Assembly (NCBI GenBank): GCA_964016885.1
Contig: OZ024750.1
Location: forward strand, 35,278,001-35,342,000
Origin: Eledone cirrhosa
Taxonomy: Eukaryota
Length of the DNA: 64,000 nt
Direction of reading: 5' to 3'
Shown piece by piece: positions 13,889 to 27,514 of this stretch. The first letter of the stretch is position 1, and the number at the start of each line of letters is the position of its first letter. The notes below the pieces were generated by a model. It was not told the origin of the DNA and made no database searches. It worked only from the letters and a program-made list of their open reading frames with translations. The translations under genes and the position numbers were made by a program.

Positions 13889-14344
13889 AGAAATTACATG
13901 AATCAAAGTTCAGTTTAAATCATTTATTTGCTTACAATTGTCTCCTCCAAACCGAGGTTTGGATTCTTCGGAGCAACTATTTAGTGATTTTTTACATACT
14001 TGACCTCCTTTTCAACACAAGAGACATATAAAAACATATGTATATATTGACCTTCATAAACTGCCAATGTTTTATTTTAATTTTAATTTTAATTTTAACT
14101 TTAATTTTGTCCTTTAATATGACTGTAACCTTTGTATGTAAAATGCCCTGCTTTATTATGATGGATGTCAACCCACTGTGGGTCAATATATACATATGTT
14201 TTTATATGTCTCTTGTGTTGAAAAGGAGGTCAAGTATGTAAAAAATCACTAAATAGTTGCTCCGAAGAATCCAAACCTCGGTTTGGAGGAAACAATTGTA
14301 AGCAAATAAATGATTTAAACTGAACTTTGATTCATGTAATTTCT
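13889..14344. mobile_element. Fold-back hammerhead element (164-bp arms, 128-bp spacer)
   Basis: IR 13889-14052 / 14181-14344. Confidence 0.85.
14257..14305 (+). ncRNA. Minimal hammerhead motif (CCGAAGA core variant)
   Basis: ttgct-CCGAAGA-atccaaacctcggtttggag-GAAA-caattg-TA-agcaa, overlapping AATAAA. Confidence 0.7.
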
Positions 14345-14443
14345 CTCTATATATAGTAAAAAATTGAACGGGAACAAAACAGAGAGGCAGTACGAACAAA
14401 GGTTTATTAGTTTCACGCTCTTGAGAGTGGGGTGGTGGTGGGG

Positions 14444-14478
14444 AACGACGTTTCGGGCATAAGCCCTTCTTCAGGTGA
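14444..14478 (-). ncRNA. Penelope-type minimal hammerhead-like motif
   Basis: CTGAAGA-agggcttatgccc-GAAA-cg-TC with AATAAA downstream; stem I weak; degenerate relative at 21553-21590 (+). Confidence 0.55.
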
Positions 14479-14626
14479 AAAGTGTGTGGGAAGAGAGTTC
14501 CAAGGGTGTGTAGGGGAGTGGTGGAGGGACATATAGAAAAAAGGGGGTGAGAGGAAACGGTACAAATGAAATTAAATATAAAAGCATATTAAAAATAAAA
14601 ATAAACATGAAGTAAAACATATATAT

Positions 14627-14661
<35 letters not shown>

Positions 14662-15239
14662 AGTTTAACGTCCATCTTCCATGCTATATATACTTACATA
14701 TATACGCTTTGATTGTATGTATTTACTTTTTGCAGGTATTTTTGCCTTCACCCTTTGTTGACACACACACACACACATATATATGTGTGTGTTGACACAC
14801 GCACACACACACACATATATATATATATATGCGTGTGTTGACACACGCACACACACATATATATGTGTGTGTGTGTAATTGTTTGGTGATCCGATGTAAA
14901 AGAATGTTACTTTGAGGTAAAAAGTAAGTGGTAAGCTAAGGGGAAGTGTGTGTGGTAAGTTAAGGGGAAGTGTGTGTGGTGGATAATATGTAGTGAAAGG
15001 CTGATAAGAGAAGAAAAGGAGAGCTGTAAAGATGTGGTAGAACAGTGATAAGACAAACAGTAGTAAGAGATATGACTCATCGATTGAGTCTAACATTTTA
15101 ACTGCACTTGGTATGTTTATACATGTGAATGTATGAACCTCTGTAAACAGCCAAAAAAAATGACAAAAGAAAGGGAAAACTAAAACACAATACAATGCAA
15201 TGTTTCAGCAACTTGGATATATGAGTGTATACCAAGATA

Positions 15240-15991
15240 TATGCATAAATATATAATTTATACACAAATATATATACATACACACACATACAAACAGACA
15301 CACAAATATATATATATACATACCAATACACAAATATATATATACATATGAATACTAATATATATACATACACATACACACAAATATATACATACACATA
15401 CACACAAATATATACATACACATACATATACAAATATATACATACCAATACACAAATATATATATACATATGAATACTAATATATATACATACACATACA
15501 CACAAATATATACATACACATACATACAAATATATACATACACATACACACATATACAAATATATACATACCAATACATAAATATATATATATACATATG
15601 AATACTAATATATATACATACACACAAATATATAAATATATATACACACAAATATATATGCATACACATACACACAAATATATAAATATATACATACCAA
15701 CACACAAATATATATATATACATATGAATAATAATATATATACATACACATACACACAAATGCATATACAAATATATACATACCCATGCACAAAAAATAT
15801 ATACACACAACTACACATACACACAAATGCATACACATATATATACAAATATATATGCACACAAATACACAAATATATACATATACATACACACATACAC
15901 ATATATACATACATACACATACACACAAGTATACATCTTCTTCTTCTTCTTCTTCTTCTTCTTCTTCTTCTTCTTCTTCTTCTTCTTCTTC
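15240..15991. repeat. Complex (AT/AC) low-complexity repeat followed by (TTC)n
   Basis: Direct reading. Confidence 0.93.
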
Positions 15992-16314
15992 TCATATAGA
16001 AATATCTTTAGAGAATGAGAGAAAGAGAAAATTGTTTACATAAGGCATTCATCTATGTTATTAAAAATCAACTTCATATTAGAACTGAAAGATATTGGTT
16101 TTGAATAGGATTTTGATATCAGATCAGAGATATCACACACCTGAAATTAGTTATCAGCTAGAGATATGTAAGAAATAGATGCTAGAATCTATATAAATGT
16201 TGATGTTTATTAAATATAAACATGTTGCCTGAGATAACAGTCTTGATGATTAAATAGTGACAGTATAGAGTTTGAGAAGATTCTTTAGTTTGGACAAAAA
16301 TGTGGCAACACTTA

Positions 16315-17970
16315 GTGTTAGTGCCATGATAAAATGCACCCAGTCCACTGTGTAAAGTGGTAGTGTTAATGACATGATATAATGCACCCGGTCCACTCTG
16401 TAAAGTGGTAGTGTTTGTGCCATGATAAAATGCACCCAGTCCACTGTGTAAAGTGGTAGTGTTAATGACATGATATAATGCACCCGGTCCACTCTGTAAA
16501 GTGGTAGTGTTTGTGCCATGATAAAATGCACCCAGTCCACTCTGTAAAGTGGTAGTGTTAGTGCCATGATAAAATGCACCCAGTCCACTGTGTAAAGTGG
16601 TAGTGTTAATGACATGATATAATGCACCCGGTCCACTCTGTAAAGTGGTAGTGTTTGTGCCATGATAAAATGCACCCAGTCCACTGTGTAAAGTGGTAGT
16701 GTTAATGACATGATATAATGCACCCGATCCACTCTGTAAAGTGGTAGTGTTTGTGCCATGATATAATGCACCCGGTCCACTCTGTAAAGTGGTAGTGTTT
16801 GTGCCATGATATAATGCACCCAGTCCACTCTGTAAAGTGGTAGTGTTAGTGCCATGATAAAATGCACCCAGTCCACTGTGTAAAGTGGTAGTGTTAATGA
16901 CATGATATAATGCACCCGGTCCACTCTGTAAAGTGGTAGTGTTTGTGCCATGATAAAATGCACCCAGTCCACTGTGTAAAGTGGTAGTGTTAATGACATG
17001 ATATAATGCACCCGGTCCACTCTGTAAAGTGGTAGTGTTTGTGCCATGATAAAATGCACCCAGTCCACTGTGTAAAGTGGTAGTGTTAATGACATGATAT
17101 AATGCACCCGATCCACTCTGTAAAGTGGTAGTGTTTGTGCCATGATATAATGCACCCGGTCCACTCTGTAAAGTGGTAGTGTTTGTGCCATGATATAATG
17201 CACCCAGTCCACTCTGTAAAGTGGTAGTGTTAGTGCCATGATAAAATGCACCCAGTCCACTGTGTAAAGTGGTAGTGTTAATGACATGATATAATGCACC
17301 CGGTCCACTCTGTAAAGTGGTAGTGTTTGTGCCATGATAAAATGCACCCAGTCCACTGTGTAAAGTGGTAGTGTTAATGACATGATATAATGCACCCGGT
17401 CCACTCTGTAAAGTGGTAGTGTTTGTGCCATGATAAAATGCACCCAGTCCACTGTGTAAAGTGGTAGTGTTAATGACATGATATAATGCACCCGGTCCAC
17501 TCTGTAAAGTGGTAGTGTTTGTGCCATGATATAATGCACCCAGTCCACTGTGTAAAGTGGTAGTGTTAATGACATGATATAATGCACCCGGTCCACTCTG
17601 TAAAGTGGTAGTGTTTGTGCCATGATAAAATGCACCCAGTCCACTGTGTAAAGTCGTAGTGTTAATGACATGATATAATGCACCCAGTCCACTCTGTAAA
17701 GTGGTAGTGTTAATGACATGATAAAATGTGAAGTGGTAGTGTTAGTGCCATGATAAAATGCACCCAGTCCACTGTGTAAAGTGGTAGTGTTAATGACATG
17801 ATTAAAATGCACCCAGTCCACTCTGTAAAGTGGTAGTGTTAGTGCCATGATATAATGCACCCAGTACACTCTGTAAAGTGGTAGTGTTAGTGACATAATA
17901 AAATGGACCCAGTACACCCTGTAAAGTGGTTGTGTTAGTGATATGATATAATGGACCCAGTACACCTCTG
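16315..17970. repeat. 48-bp SINE-derived minisatellite, about 34 copies
   Basis: Unit aaatgcacccagtccactctgtaaagtggtagtgttagtgccatgata; alternating variants; resembles the SINE-A subrepeat. Confidence 0.95.
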
Positions 17971-18654
17971 AAAATAGTAGTACGGGTACACCCCCCCCCC
18001 CCCAAAAAAAATAAAATGTGTCAATACACTTTATAGAATGGTAATGATAATACTATAAAAAACCCACCAGTATACTCTGTAAAATGGTAATGGTGGTGCC
18101 ATGAAAAATGCATGACACCAAAACAAATACATTTAAGGTGTAGACTGGGCACCTATTGACAAGACACCAACACAACCACTTTACAGTGTGGACTAGGCAC
18201 ATTTTGACAAGACACCCACACAACCACTTTACAGTGTGGACTGGGCACATTTTCACAAGACACCAACACAAGCACTTTAGAGTGTGGACTGGGTACTCTT
18301 TGCAAGACACCAACACAACCACTTTACAGTGTGGACTGGGAGGGGGGGGGGGGTTATCATGGCATTTGTTTTAAATAAATACATTTCTTCTAATATTTAA
18401 ACATGACAGTATAATGAAGTTAATATTTAAAAGAGAGAAAGATTGAAAGTTGACATTTCTGTTTTTCACTTTCTGAAATTGGTATTTTAAATTTCTTCTG
18501 ATAGTATAAGTACAAAGTACTATTTGCACACCAGAAGTTGAATGTCAGATTACAGTACATTACCCTGTATTGAAAATATCTTGAGCCTAGTAATGAAAAA
18601 TCAATAGTAAATCTCAACATCTTGTACCTCATATATATATATATATATAACCAG

Positions 18655-19300
18655 AAAAACCTGGGACGACTTGATAAATTCCGACCTCACACACTTACAC
18701 CTCTCCAAGACAATATCACTGGACCGAGATCTTTGGTGCTACACAGTTATACAGAAGACCTGCCTTGCCTAAGTACAAAGCGAAACCTACAATCAGTAGG
18801 CACCTCTAACAAAATACACCCCGCCCCACTACCCCACCCTATCCACACCACCCCCATAAATGTGAAGTTATGTTGGTATCACAACATCCAGTCCGAAACA
18901 AATGAGGTCGTGTAGGTGTCACTACAAAAAAAGACACAGTCCACGCTGTAATGTGGCCATGTAGGTAACATGGTAAAAACCTCCCAGTACACACTGTAAA
19001 CATGGTTGGTGTTGGGAAGGGCACCCAGCCGTAGAAAATCCGCCAGACGTGTAGGTGTCACGACAATAAAACACACAGTTCACGCTGTAATGTGGCCATG
19101 TAGGCAACACGGTAAAAACCTCCCAGTCCACACTGTAAACGTGGTTGGTGTTAGGAAGGGCATCCAGCCGTAGAAAACCCGCCAGACAGTCCTGAGCAAG
19201 ACAACCAATCTTGCCTCAAGTGGGACAATTCCTGTCCAGACCCATGCTAGCGTGGAAAATGGATGTTAAACGATGATGATGATGATGATGATGATGATGA
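18655..19300 (+). mobile_element. RTE LINE 3' end with SINE-like 3' UTR
   Basis: Homologous along its length to 23630-24147; (GAT)n tail. Confidence 0.85.
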
Positions 19301-19304
19301 TATA

Positions 19305-19685
19305 ACTGCGTGACACCAGAGGTCACGCAGTAATACAGAAGGTCCGACCCCCCACGGGTACAAGCTGAAGCTGAAGCATATAGACAATATGCCCCCACAC
19401 CCTCCCACTACAAAGTGGTCGTGGAGGTGCCACGTCAGAAAAAAAGCACCCAGCCTCCACTGTAAAGTGGATGTGTAGGCGCCACGGAAGAAAGCACCCA
19501 GCACTCACTGTAAATGAGGTTGGTGTTAGGAAGGGCATCCAGCTGTAGAAATCAAGCCAGAATCAGTTCCCATATGAGCAAGACAAGGTCAGCTGACCAG
19601 ACACTGCCCACAACAGGACAACCCGTCTAACCCATGCTAGTATAGAAGAACGGACGTAAAACGGTGATGATGATGATGATGATAT
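19305..19685 (+). mobile_element. 3' end of a second RTE family with SINE-like 3' UTR and a short 5' inversion
   Basis: Homologous to 44058-44425 (-). Confidence 0.8.
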
Positions 19686-19719
19686 ATATATACACACATA
19701 TATATATGTGTGTGTGAGT

Positions 19720-19906
19720 CCTGGGGTCAATCAGGGTTAACCATCATTAATAAGGTACTCAATACGGTAGTAGAGTGTAAATATCATATTTAATATAGAA
19801 ATGGCTTCTACAGGACTAGAACTGTTTCATTCAAAAGAAATCATCATTTCTTTTGAATGAAACAGTTCTAGTCATGTGGGAGCCATTTCTATATTAAACA
19901 TGATAT
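19720..19906. mobile_element. Short fold-back element with a partial hammerhead (60-bp arms 19781-19840 / 19846-19906)
   Basis: Minus strand TGATGA-tttcttttgaat-GAAA-cag..ctg-TA; relative at 45970-46095. Confidence 0.7.
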
Positions 19907-21679
19907 ATATGTATGTATGTATGTGTGTGTGTGTATTATTTAATATACAAATCCCGTCGAGGTTAACTTTGCCTTTCATCCTTACATCATTCATCATCAT
20001 CATTTCATTTTATGTCCACTTTTCCCTGCTTGCAAGGATGGGACAGGAACAGCTGAGTAAACTGGAGCAACGTGAAATAAAGTGTCTTGCTCAAGGAAAC
20101 AACACATCACCCGGTCTGAGAATTGAACTCACAACCAAGGCCAATGCTCTAACCACTAAGCCATGTGCCTCCTTACGGGGTCGATAATAAAAAGTACCAG
20201 TAATGTACTAGGTAATTGCTGGCCTTGTCCCAAAAGTAGAAACAATTATTTAATATACAATACGTACATTTATATATATAATTTGTATTACTGGGATGCA
20301 AGAAGAATAAAAAAAATAAAAAAAGAAAGTTTTGATGGGAGAAGTAATTGTAAATGCACTAGAAAGAAAAAAGAGAGAGAAGGATTTTAAAGGGAGGACG
20401 TAAGTAACAGTGTGAGGCAGAGGAAAGTGGACAACATTTACTTAAGAGTTGGTAGAAGGGGGAAGTAATAAAATTAAGAGAAGGCCATTTACTTATAGTA
20501 TGTTACTGTCATAATCAAACACATACTATATAGAGAACTGCAGTTAGTGGTATTGGTAGTTATAGTAAGGAGGTGAGCGGGAATGAAGACTATAGTATAT
20601 TTTCTCAACTAATACATGTATATACATGTAGATATTCAAACCAAACCATGAATTATTTAACTTATGTACTTTAGTGTAATTAACTGTCATCAGCTAAACT
20701 AATTATTTTACAAAGAATTCAGTTTTCAGCTAAATTAGTTTATTCAATGATAATTAATAAAAGCAAAGAGTGAAACATTTAATATGACAAGGTTTTACAC
20801 TATTTAGTCATGAACCATTAAATGTTAAATTCTCTAAAGTTAAGAAATCAACTAATGTGATTGTTAGGGTGGTTATACCGATAAGTAAAGGAAAAACCAT
20901 CACTAAAACCATTGTATATGACAATTATTAAATTAATGATATAGATTGTGATAATGATAATTAATGGTTTAATAATTCAAATGAATCAATGACATATATA
21001 TATTATCATCATCATCGTTTAACGTCCATCTTCCACACTACCATGGGTTAGACGGTTTTGTTCCATTTGATGTGGGAATGGTCGGGAGACCGTGTCTTGC
21101 TGCTACGGAAGTGTCTTTGGCAGGTTTTCTATGGCTGGATGTCCTTCCAAACACCAACCACATTTACAGTGTGGACTGGGAGCCTTTTTACCATGTCTCC
21201 TACATGACCACCTTACCATGTGGACTGTGTATTGATTTTTTTGGGACACCCTGTATATACATAACCTTACATTCATACACACATACATGTCCACTACCAC
21301 TAACACATGGATATACACCTACACTCCCTATTTTTGATACTTTACACACTTACCTTTAAATTACACACATTTAAACATATACTTACACTCACACATAACG
21401 ACACTAATACATACACACATTCCACTTTGCGTTCCTACTTGTTACCATGACTACCAAACGGTTGTCTTGATTTCACTCTTCATTTTCGATCTTTTTGTCT
21501 TTACTGGACATTTTTTCTATTTCTCCATTGTGATCCTGTCTCTTTTTGTACTCCTGAAGAAGGGCTTAAGCCCGACACATCAAACTTTCTTTCCTCTTTC
21601 CAATACAAAGCCTGCAACTAATAAGACTTTTTGTACCTCTGTTTCTCTCCTTGAAATATATATATATATATATATATGC

Positions 21680-21900
21680 AAAAGTTCTATTTAAATTGTT
21701 GGGATACAACAAGCAAATATTTTTATAACTGATATAAAGCACTCAACAAGTATTAAAAAATGGAAACTATATTTAAAAAAACATATTTATTTCATTATAC
21801 ATATTTCAAGGACACCAAGTTAAATTATGGTGTGCTTTCATCAGACAAAATATAATATAGATCAGTTTTATAAATAAATATAAATAAATATTGACATACC
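21680..21900 (-). ncRNA. Hammerhead element (ribozyme 21789-21851), same family as 31527 and 36630
   Basis: attttgt-CTGATGA-aagcacacca..tggtgtcctt-GAAA-tatgta-TA-atgaaat. Confidence 0.8.
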
Positions 21901-22003
21901 CTTAAAAAATGCAACCATTACTGTTGGAAGCTCCTGGATAGTGGAGTTGTTTAATTATATTATTTTTAGTATTGGATATTTTTATTTTTAAAATAAGCCG
22001 TTG

Positions 22004-22053
<50 letters not shown>

Positions 22054-22420
22054 TACATAAATTTTTCAGGATATACAGAACATCTTATACCTTACAGAAT
22101 TAAATCCTCTGGAGAGAAGTCCATTCTGTTAACAATGGCAATATCAATCTATTGAAGGGTTATTTGTTATTCTTTTGGACTTTGAAACTGCAGTCAGGAT
22201 AAAAATATTTATCCCTAGGGAGAGATGCTTCTACCCATCTGTGATTTTGTATAAGATGTTCCATATATATATATATATATGTTCGCATGCCAACATAAGA
22301 GCAAGAATGAAGTGTTCATTCTTCTGACATGGCTATAAAATTGAGGCTTTTTTGCATAATTGCAAATGGATCGAATGTTATTATTAATATTCGAAAAACT
22401 CAGATTATATATATATATAG

Positions 22421-24147
22421 TTCGGGTTTGTGTCAGGCAAAAGTACCACAGACGCTCTTTTCATAGTACGACAACTACAGGAGAAGTACCTAGCTAAAGG
22501 TAAACCCCTCTACTTAGCTTTTGTCGACTTGGAGAAAGCCTTCGACAGAGTCCCCTGCTCCATTATCTGGTGGGCTCTTAGAAAACTAGGCGTTGACGAA
22601 TGGCTTGTGAGGGCTATACAAGCCATGTATAAAGAAACAGTCAGCAAGGTTAGAATTAACAACGAATATAGTGAAGAGTTTAGCGTAAAAGTTGGCGTCC
22701 ATCAGGGCTCTGTTCTCAGCCCCTACTATTTATTATTGCCCTTCAGGCTATAACAGAGGAGTTCAAGACAGGCTGCCCATGGGAACTCCTATACGCAGAC
22801 GACCTGACACTCATAGCGGAATCAATGGCCGAGCTAGAGAAGAAATTCCAAACATGGAAGCACGGCCTAGAGTCAAAAGGACTTAAAATTAACCTGGCTA
22901 AGACCAAAGTACTAGTTTGTAGGAAAGAAAACAAGGCGGCGGTCCCTTCTGGGAAATGGTCGTGCTCGGTGTGTAGGAAAGGCGTAGGTAGAAACTCCAT
23001 TTTATGTCCTAAATGCAAAGTATGGGTGCATAAAAGATGTAGTGGGATCACAGGTAAGCTAACTAAGAACATAGATTTTACATGTGGCCGGTGTTCTGGT
23101 GCAATAAGTAGCAGCAAGTGCCCACAAAATACTAGCTCTTTCAATTGCGCAGAGGGTTCTATAGAAATAGTGGACAGCTTCCGTTACCTGGGCGATAAAA
23201 TCAGCAGTGGGGGAGGGTGCTCTGAAAGTACTGTAGCTAGAGTCAGAACTGGTTGGAAAAAGTTCAGAGAGCTTATACCACTATTAGCTGCTAAAGGGTT
23301 CTCCCTAAAAATGAAAGGCAGGTTGTACGATGCCTGCATACGAACAGCAATGCTGCATGGCAGTGAGACCTGGGCATTGTGTGCAGAGGATATACGCAGA
23401 CTTGAGAGGAACGAAGCTTGCATGCTCCGCTGGATGTGTAACAGTAATATACGTGAACGGCAAAGCATAAACTAACTAAGGAAAAAATTAGAGATAAGAG
23501 GGATCAGATGTTGTTTACTCGAGAGAAGGCTACGTTGGTATGGACACGTGATGCGCATGAAAGTCGATAGCTGTATAACAAAGTGCAGGGCAATAAAGAT
23601 AGACGGTAGTCACGGAATAGGCAGACCTAGAAAAACCTGGGACGAGCTGATAAACTCCGACATCACACACTTACACCTCTCCAAGACAATGTCACTGGAC
23701 CGAGACCTTTGGCGGTACTCAGTAACAGAGAAGACCCGCCTTACCTAAATATATAGTAAAACCTACTCCAGCCAGTAGGCATCTCTAACAAAATACACCC
23801 CGTCCCACCACCACCACCCCCACCCCATCCACACCACCCCGTTCTATGTAAAGTTATGTTGGTGCCGCGCCATCGAGGCCGAAACAAATGAGATCGTGTA
23901 GGTGTCACGACAAAAAAACACACAGTCCACGCTGTAATGTAGCCGTGTAGGCAACACGGTAAAAACCTCCCAGACCCACACTGTAAATGTGGTTGGTGTT
24001 AGGAAGGGCATCCAACTGTAGAAAACCTGCCAGACAGTCCTATGCGAGCAAGACAATCACTCTTGCCTCAAGTGGGACTACCCCCGTCCAAACCCATGCA
24101 AGCGTGGAACACGGACGTTAAACGTTGATGATGATGATTATGATGAT
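22421..24147 (+). mobile_element. 5'-truncated RTE-clade LINE: RT with PHD-like insert, frameshifted; long SINE-like 3' UTR
   Basis: FGFVSGKSTTDALF...FVDLEKAFDRVP...GVHQGSVLSP...LLYADDL...CSVC..CPKC..WVHKRC..CGRC...FRYLGD...GRPRKTW; stop at 23748; (GAT)n tail. Confidence 0.95.
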
Positions 24148-24459
24148 ATATATATATATACGTGGGGATAGGAAATACCTGGGTTGGCATCCAGGCATGC
24201 AGATAGCCTGCTGGGAGTGGGATGGCCCCTTAGCACAGGCATCATCTGATCAATTTGAACAAATAAATTGTTGCATTGTGGTTGGTCGTACCCCCAAAAC
24301 GCAAAAATATATACAATGATAAACCATGATAATGTACAAATTAATGGCAAAGTAGGCTCTGGAATGGATGGTGAAAGGGTCTGGCCTGGCAGGTGCCCTC
24401 ATGGCACCGCAGCATGGGCCTGGTCATCATCCTGCCACTAAGAAGAAGAAGTTGAAACC

Positions 24460-24810
24460 TACAAATATCAGTTGCTGGAACATCCGGACCTGATTAGATT
24501 TGTTATCTTCAGAATCACGACCAGAAAGAAGATCAGCTCTTCTTGCTAAAGAGCTGGGGCAATACAATATGGATATTGGTGCCTTATCTAAAACAAGGCT
24601 CCTCGAAGAAGGTCATATCTCTGAGATGTCCAGTGGCTATATGTTTTACTGGAATGGCAGAGCAGCAGGATGCAAAAGGGAGGCAGGTGTGGCTTTTATT
24701 ATGAAAATGTCTTTGGTGTCGACACTTGACCAGTTTCCAAGTGGCATCAGTGATCGTCTTATACCAATGAGAATTCTTCCTTCTGGTGTACAATCGCTAC
24801 CTTACCATTG
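24460..24810 (+). mobile_element. RTE/BovB-like LINE apurinic endonuclease fragment (degenerate)
   Basis: ISCWNIRT*L...RPERRSALLAKEL..YNMDIGALSKTRL...GYMFYWNGR...REAGVAF...GISDRLI. Confidence 0.85.
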
Positions 24811-25251
24811 TCAGGTTTTTACAGCATCCGTTGTGATATATATATATATATATATATACGTATGTATGTATTGTATATTTAATAATATATTGTATGTTTA
24901 TTTTAAAACATTTTGAAGGCCTTTCTCTATAAATTTAAGGTAGTGACCTCAGTTACATACTTAGATTCAGCAAAAACAAAGGGAAATAACGGACGATTGA
25001 TCCTTTCTCACTGTTTAGTGGTTATCAAAGGTATACATCCCTTGTTTTTGCCATGAGCTGTAGAAGCTGGATTCTTATAGAATTCCAATTATGTTTATGA
25101 GCTGTTGAAACTTATTAACATACAGAACGATTGCCAGCCCATCAACAATTAGAAATTTGTGTTGCTGCTCTGAAATAGCGATGTATATATGAATGTATGT
25201 AATGTATATTTAATAATATTCTGTATGTTTATTTAAATATATATGATAATG

Positions 25252-25287
<36 letters not shown>

Positions 25288-25551
25288 TTAAGTAGGGATA
25301 AAGTGTCAAAGTAGGGATAAGGTGTCAAATTATGATATATATATATATAATGTATGACATTCGTTTCAGTGCCAGTGTGAATTATCATCATGCTGCATGT
25401 GATAAGGAATATCTCTTGTGATGACTATTAAGTTTTGTCAAATGTAAACAAATTTCTACTGATTTTTTTTGTGCGTTCGAAAATATGAACTTGTTGAGGT
25501 ATTTATTTATATAATAATTTATATAATAATTTATTTAATTTATTTATATAA

Positions 25552-25600
25552 TAATTGATTCTGATGAGACCCACGAGGATGAAACAATTGTAAATTAAAT
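25552..25600 (+). ncRNA. Minimal hammerhead-like motif
   Basis: ttgatt-CTGATGA-gacccacgaggat-GAAA-caattg-TA-aattaa; stem II weak. Confidence 0.5.
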
Positions 25601-26477
25601 TATGACGTAAATAAGTGGCAGCCCAATGACTGGCTGGACACACAGTCAGATGTCTAGAGCGGATCTCCAATGACTGGCTGCATCAGTTAAAATAATTTGT
25701 TTGATTAATTAAATTAAATTCAGTAGCATGTCTCTTATTTCTTCTTCAGAATGCAAATTAAGAAAAGATTATTAGACTTTTCAGTTTTTAATACTAAATC
25801 TTTATTGTGCCATAAATGAGAAGCTGAAATTCTTCTGAAATTAATTAAATAAATTCCTGAAAATGCCAGAATCTCAGAACAAAATTAGTTTTACATCAAA
25901 CAAATTACTTTTTGAATTGTATTTGTAATATTGTTTGTTAATAACTTCAGTATTTGGTTATAAACCTTGGTAATTATGTAAATTTAACTCTAGTTTGCCC
26001 ACAAATATAACATCTAGTTAAAACTCAGTAATTATTTTTCTTTTTCCCCATAAGACTGAGTCAATGTCTTAATAGAAGAAAAAGAAAAGTAATAAAATGA
26101 AAGAAGAAATTAAACAATGAAACGAAGGGAAGAAGGGGCAGGAGTGGCAGACATTAAACTCCAGTCTGAGTAATTATAATCTAAATTTCAATCTAGTTTG
26201 TCCACAAATATAAATGTCTTTTTACTAAAGAGTCCTCCTGACCCTTTGTTAAACAATTTTTCTATGGCTGGATATCATTCCTATCACCAACCACTTTACA
26301 GAGTGTACTGGGTGCATTTTATTGTAGTACCAGCACAATGGAGGTTGTTGGTCATAGACTTGACTGAAAGGTCCTCGCTACCCTTTCTGTGCATGGTGGG
26401 GTTTGGTGTTGTAGGACGGGAATAGGATGGGAAATAGTAAGAAGGATGATGGGTGTATCATAGGTAAGTGACATGAG

Positions 26478-26810
26478 CCTTCTTCTTCTTCTTCGCTTAT
26501 TCGTGAGAGGGTCATTGGGGCAGAGCCCACAAGCAGGTCCTGTCAGAAGCAACCATCTCCAACAGATCCTGCTGGATCCCCAAGCAAGACCAGCCAAACG
26601 TATGAATGCTATCCAACCATCTTGCTCGGGGTTTTCCCCTAGGTCTCCTGCTGGTTGGTTTTGCCCATAAAATTTGTCCAGTGATTCTTTCCTGAGACAT
26701 TCTAACCACATGTCTGTAATATCGGAGTGAAGTAGTGACTCAACCTGTGGAATGACTCTCTGATCTTCGAGCTATCCGTTCTATCAAGTAACGTTATCCC
26801 TGGTGTCTTA
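26478..26810 (-). mobile_element. RTE-clade LINE 3' fragment with (GAA)n tail
   Basis: Minus strand KPTSRRPRGKPRARWLDSI...ASDR; tail aagaagaagaag. Confidence 0.75.
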
Positions 26811-27075
26811 ATAAAGAAAACTTTACTGAAACATTTCTATAAAGATTTGTATAAAAATGGTGAAAGATATTTCTTTTAGTCGTTCTAATCTTAAGAAACA
26901 GATATTTATCGTTTTGACTTATCTTAAAATGATTCACTTGGAAAATCTATATGTTAATGTAACAACAATGTATTCTATTAATACTGTAAGCACAAACCTC
27001 CTGCCATTCACTACTGATTGGTAGCAATAATAAATATAGAAATATAGATATGAGAGACTCTCTTTATATATATAT

Positions 27076-27290
27076 ATAGGAAAATGTTTGACCCCGACGG
27101 CCGAGCTCAAGCCATTTCGACGGCTATTTCTGGACTGAGCCCAGAAATAGCCGTCGAAACGGTTTGAGCTCTTCCGTTGGGGTCAAACATTTTTCCTATT
27201 AGCCACTCTACTACTCTAAGTATTGAGTATTCTGGTCCATCTGGTCCATCTGGTCCATTATGGTCCATCTGGGTCCTTACCACAACTCTT
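27076..27290. mobile_element. Fold-back element whose turn is hammerhead stem II
   Basis: Palindrome 27076-27199 centred on ctgg-actgagc-ccag; right arm GAAA-cgg..ccg-TT; downstream cactctacta..gtattgagta shared with the 19720 and 45970 elements. Confidence 0.65.
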
Positions 27291-27514
27291 TCGTTATGTA
27301 TATATATATATTAATATTTATATTTTTAACCGTTGGTCAATCAATGATAAACATTGATTGCCAACTAAATTAACTATAGGGATATAAAATATATGGAAGC
27401 GAAAACCAGCCCAAACCAAATAGTGTGTGTGTTTTATTATATATTTTGTTTTATTATATATTTCTGGCAATATTATAATAATATGACCCTCCCCAAATAT
27501 AAGAATAGATAAAT

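Noticed and set aside
16250-17965. 571-aa ORF
   Set aside because: Translation of a SINE-derived 48-bp array
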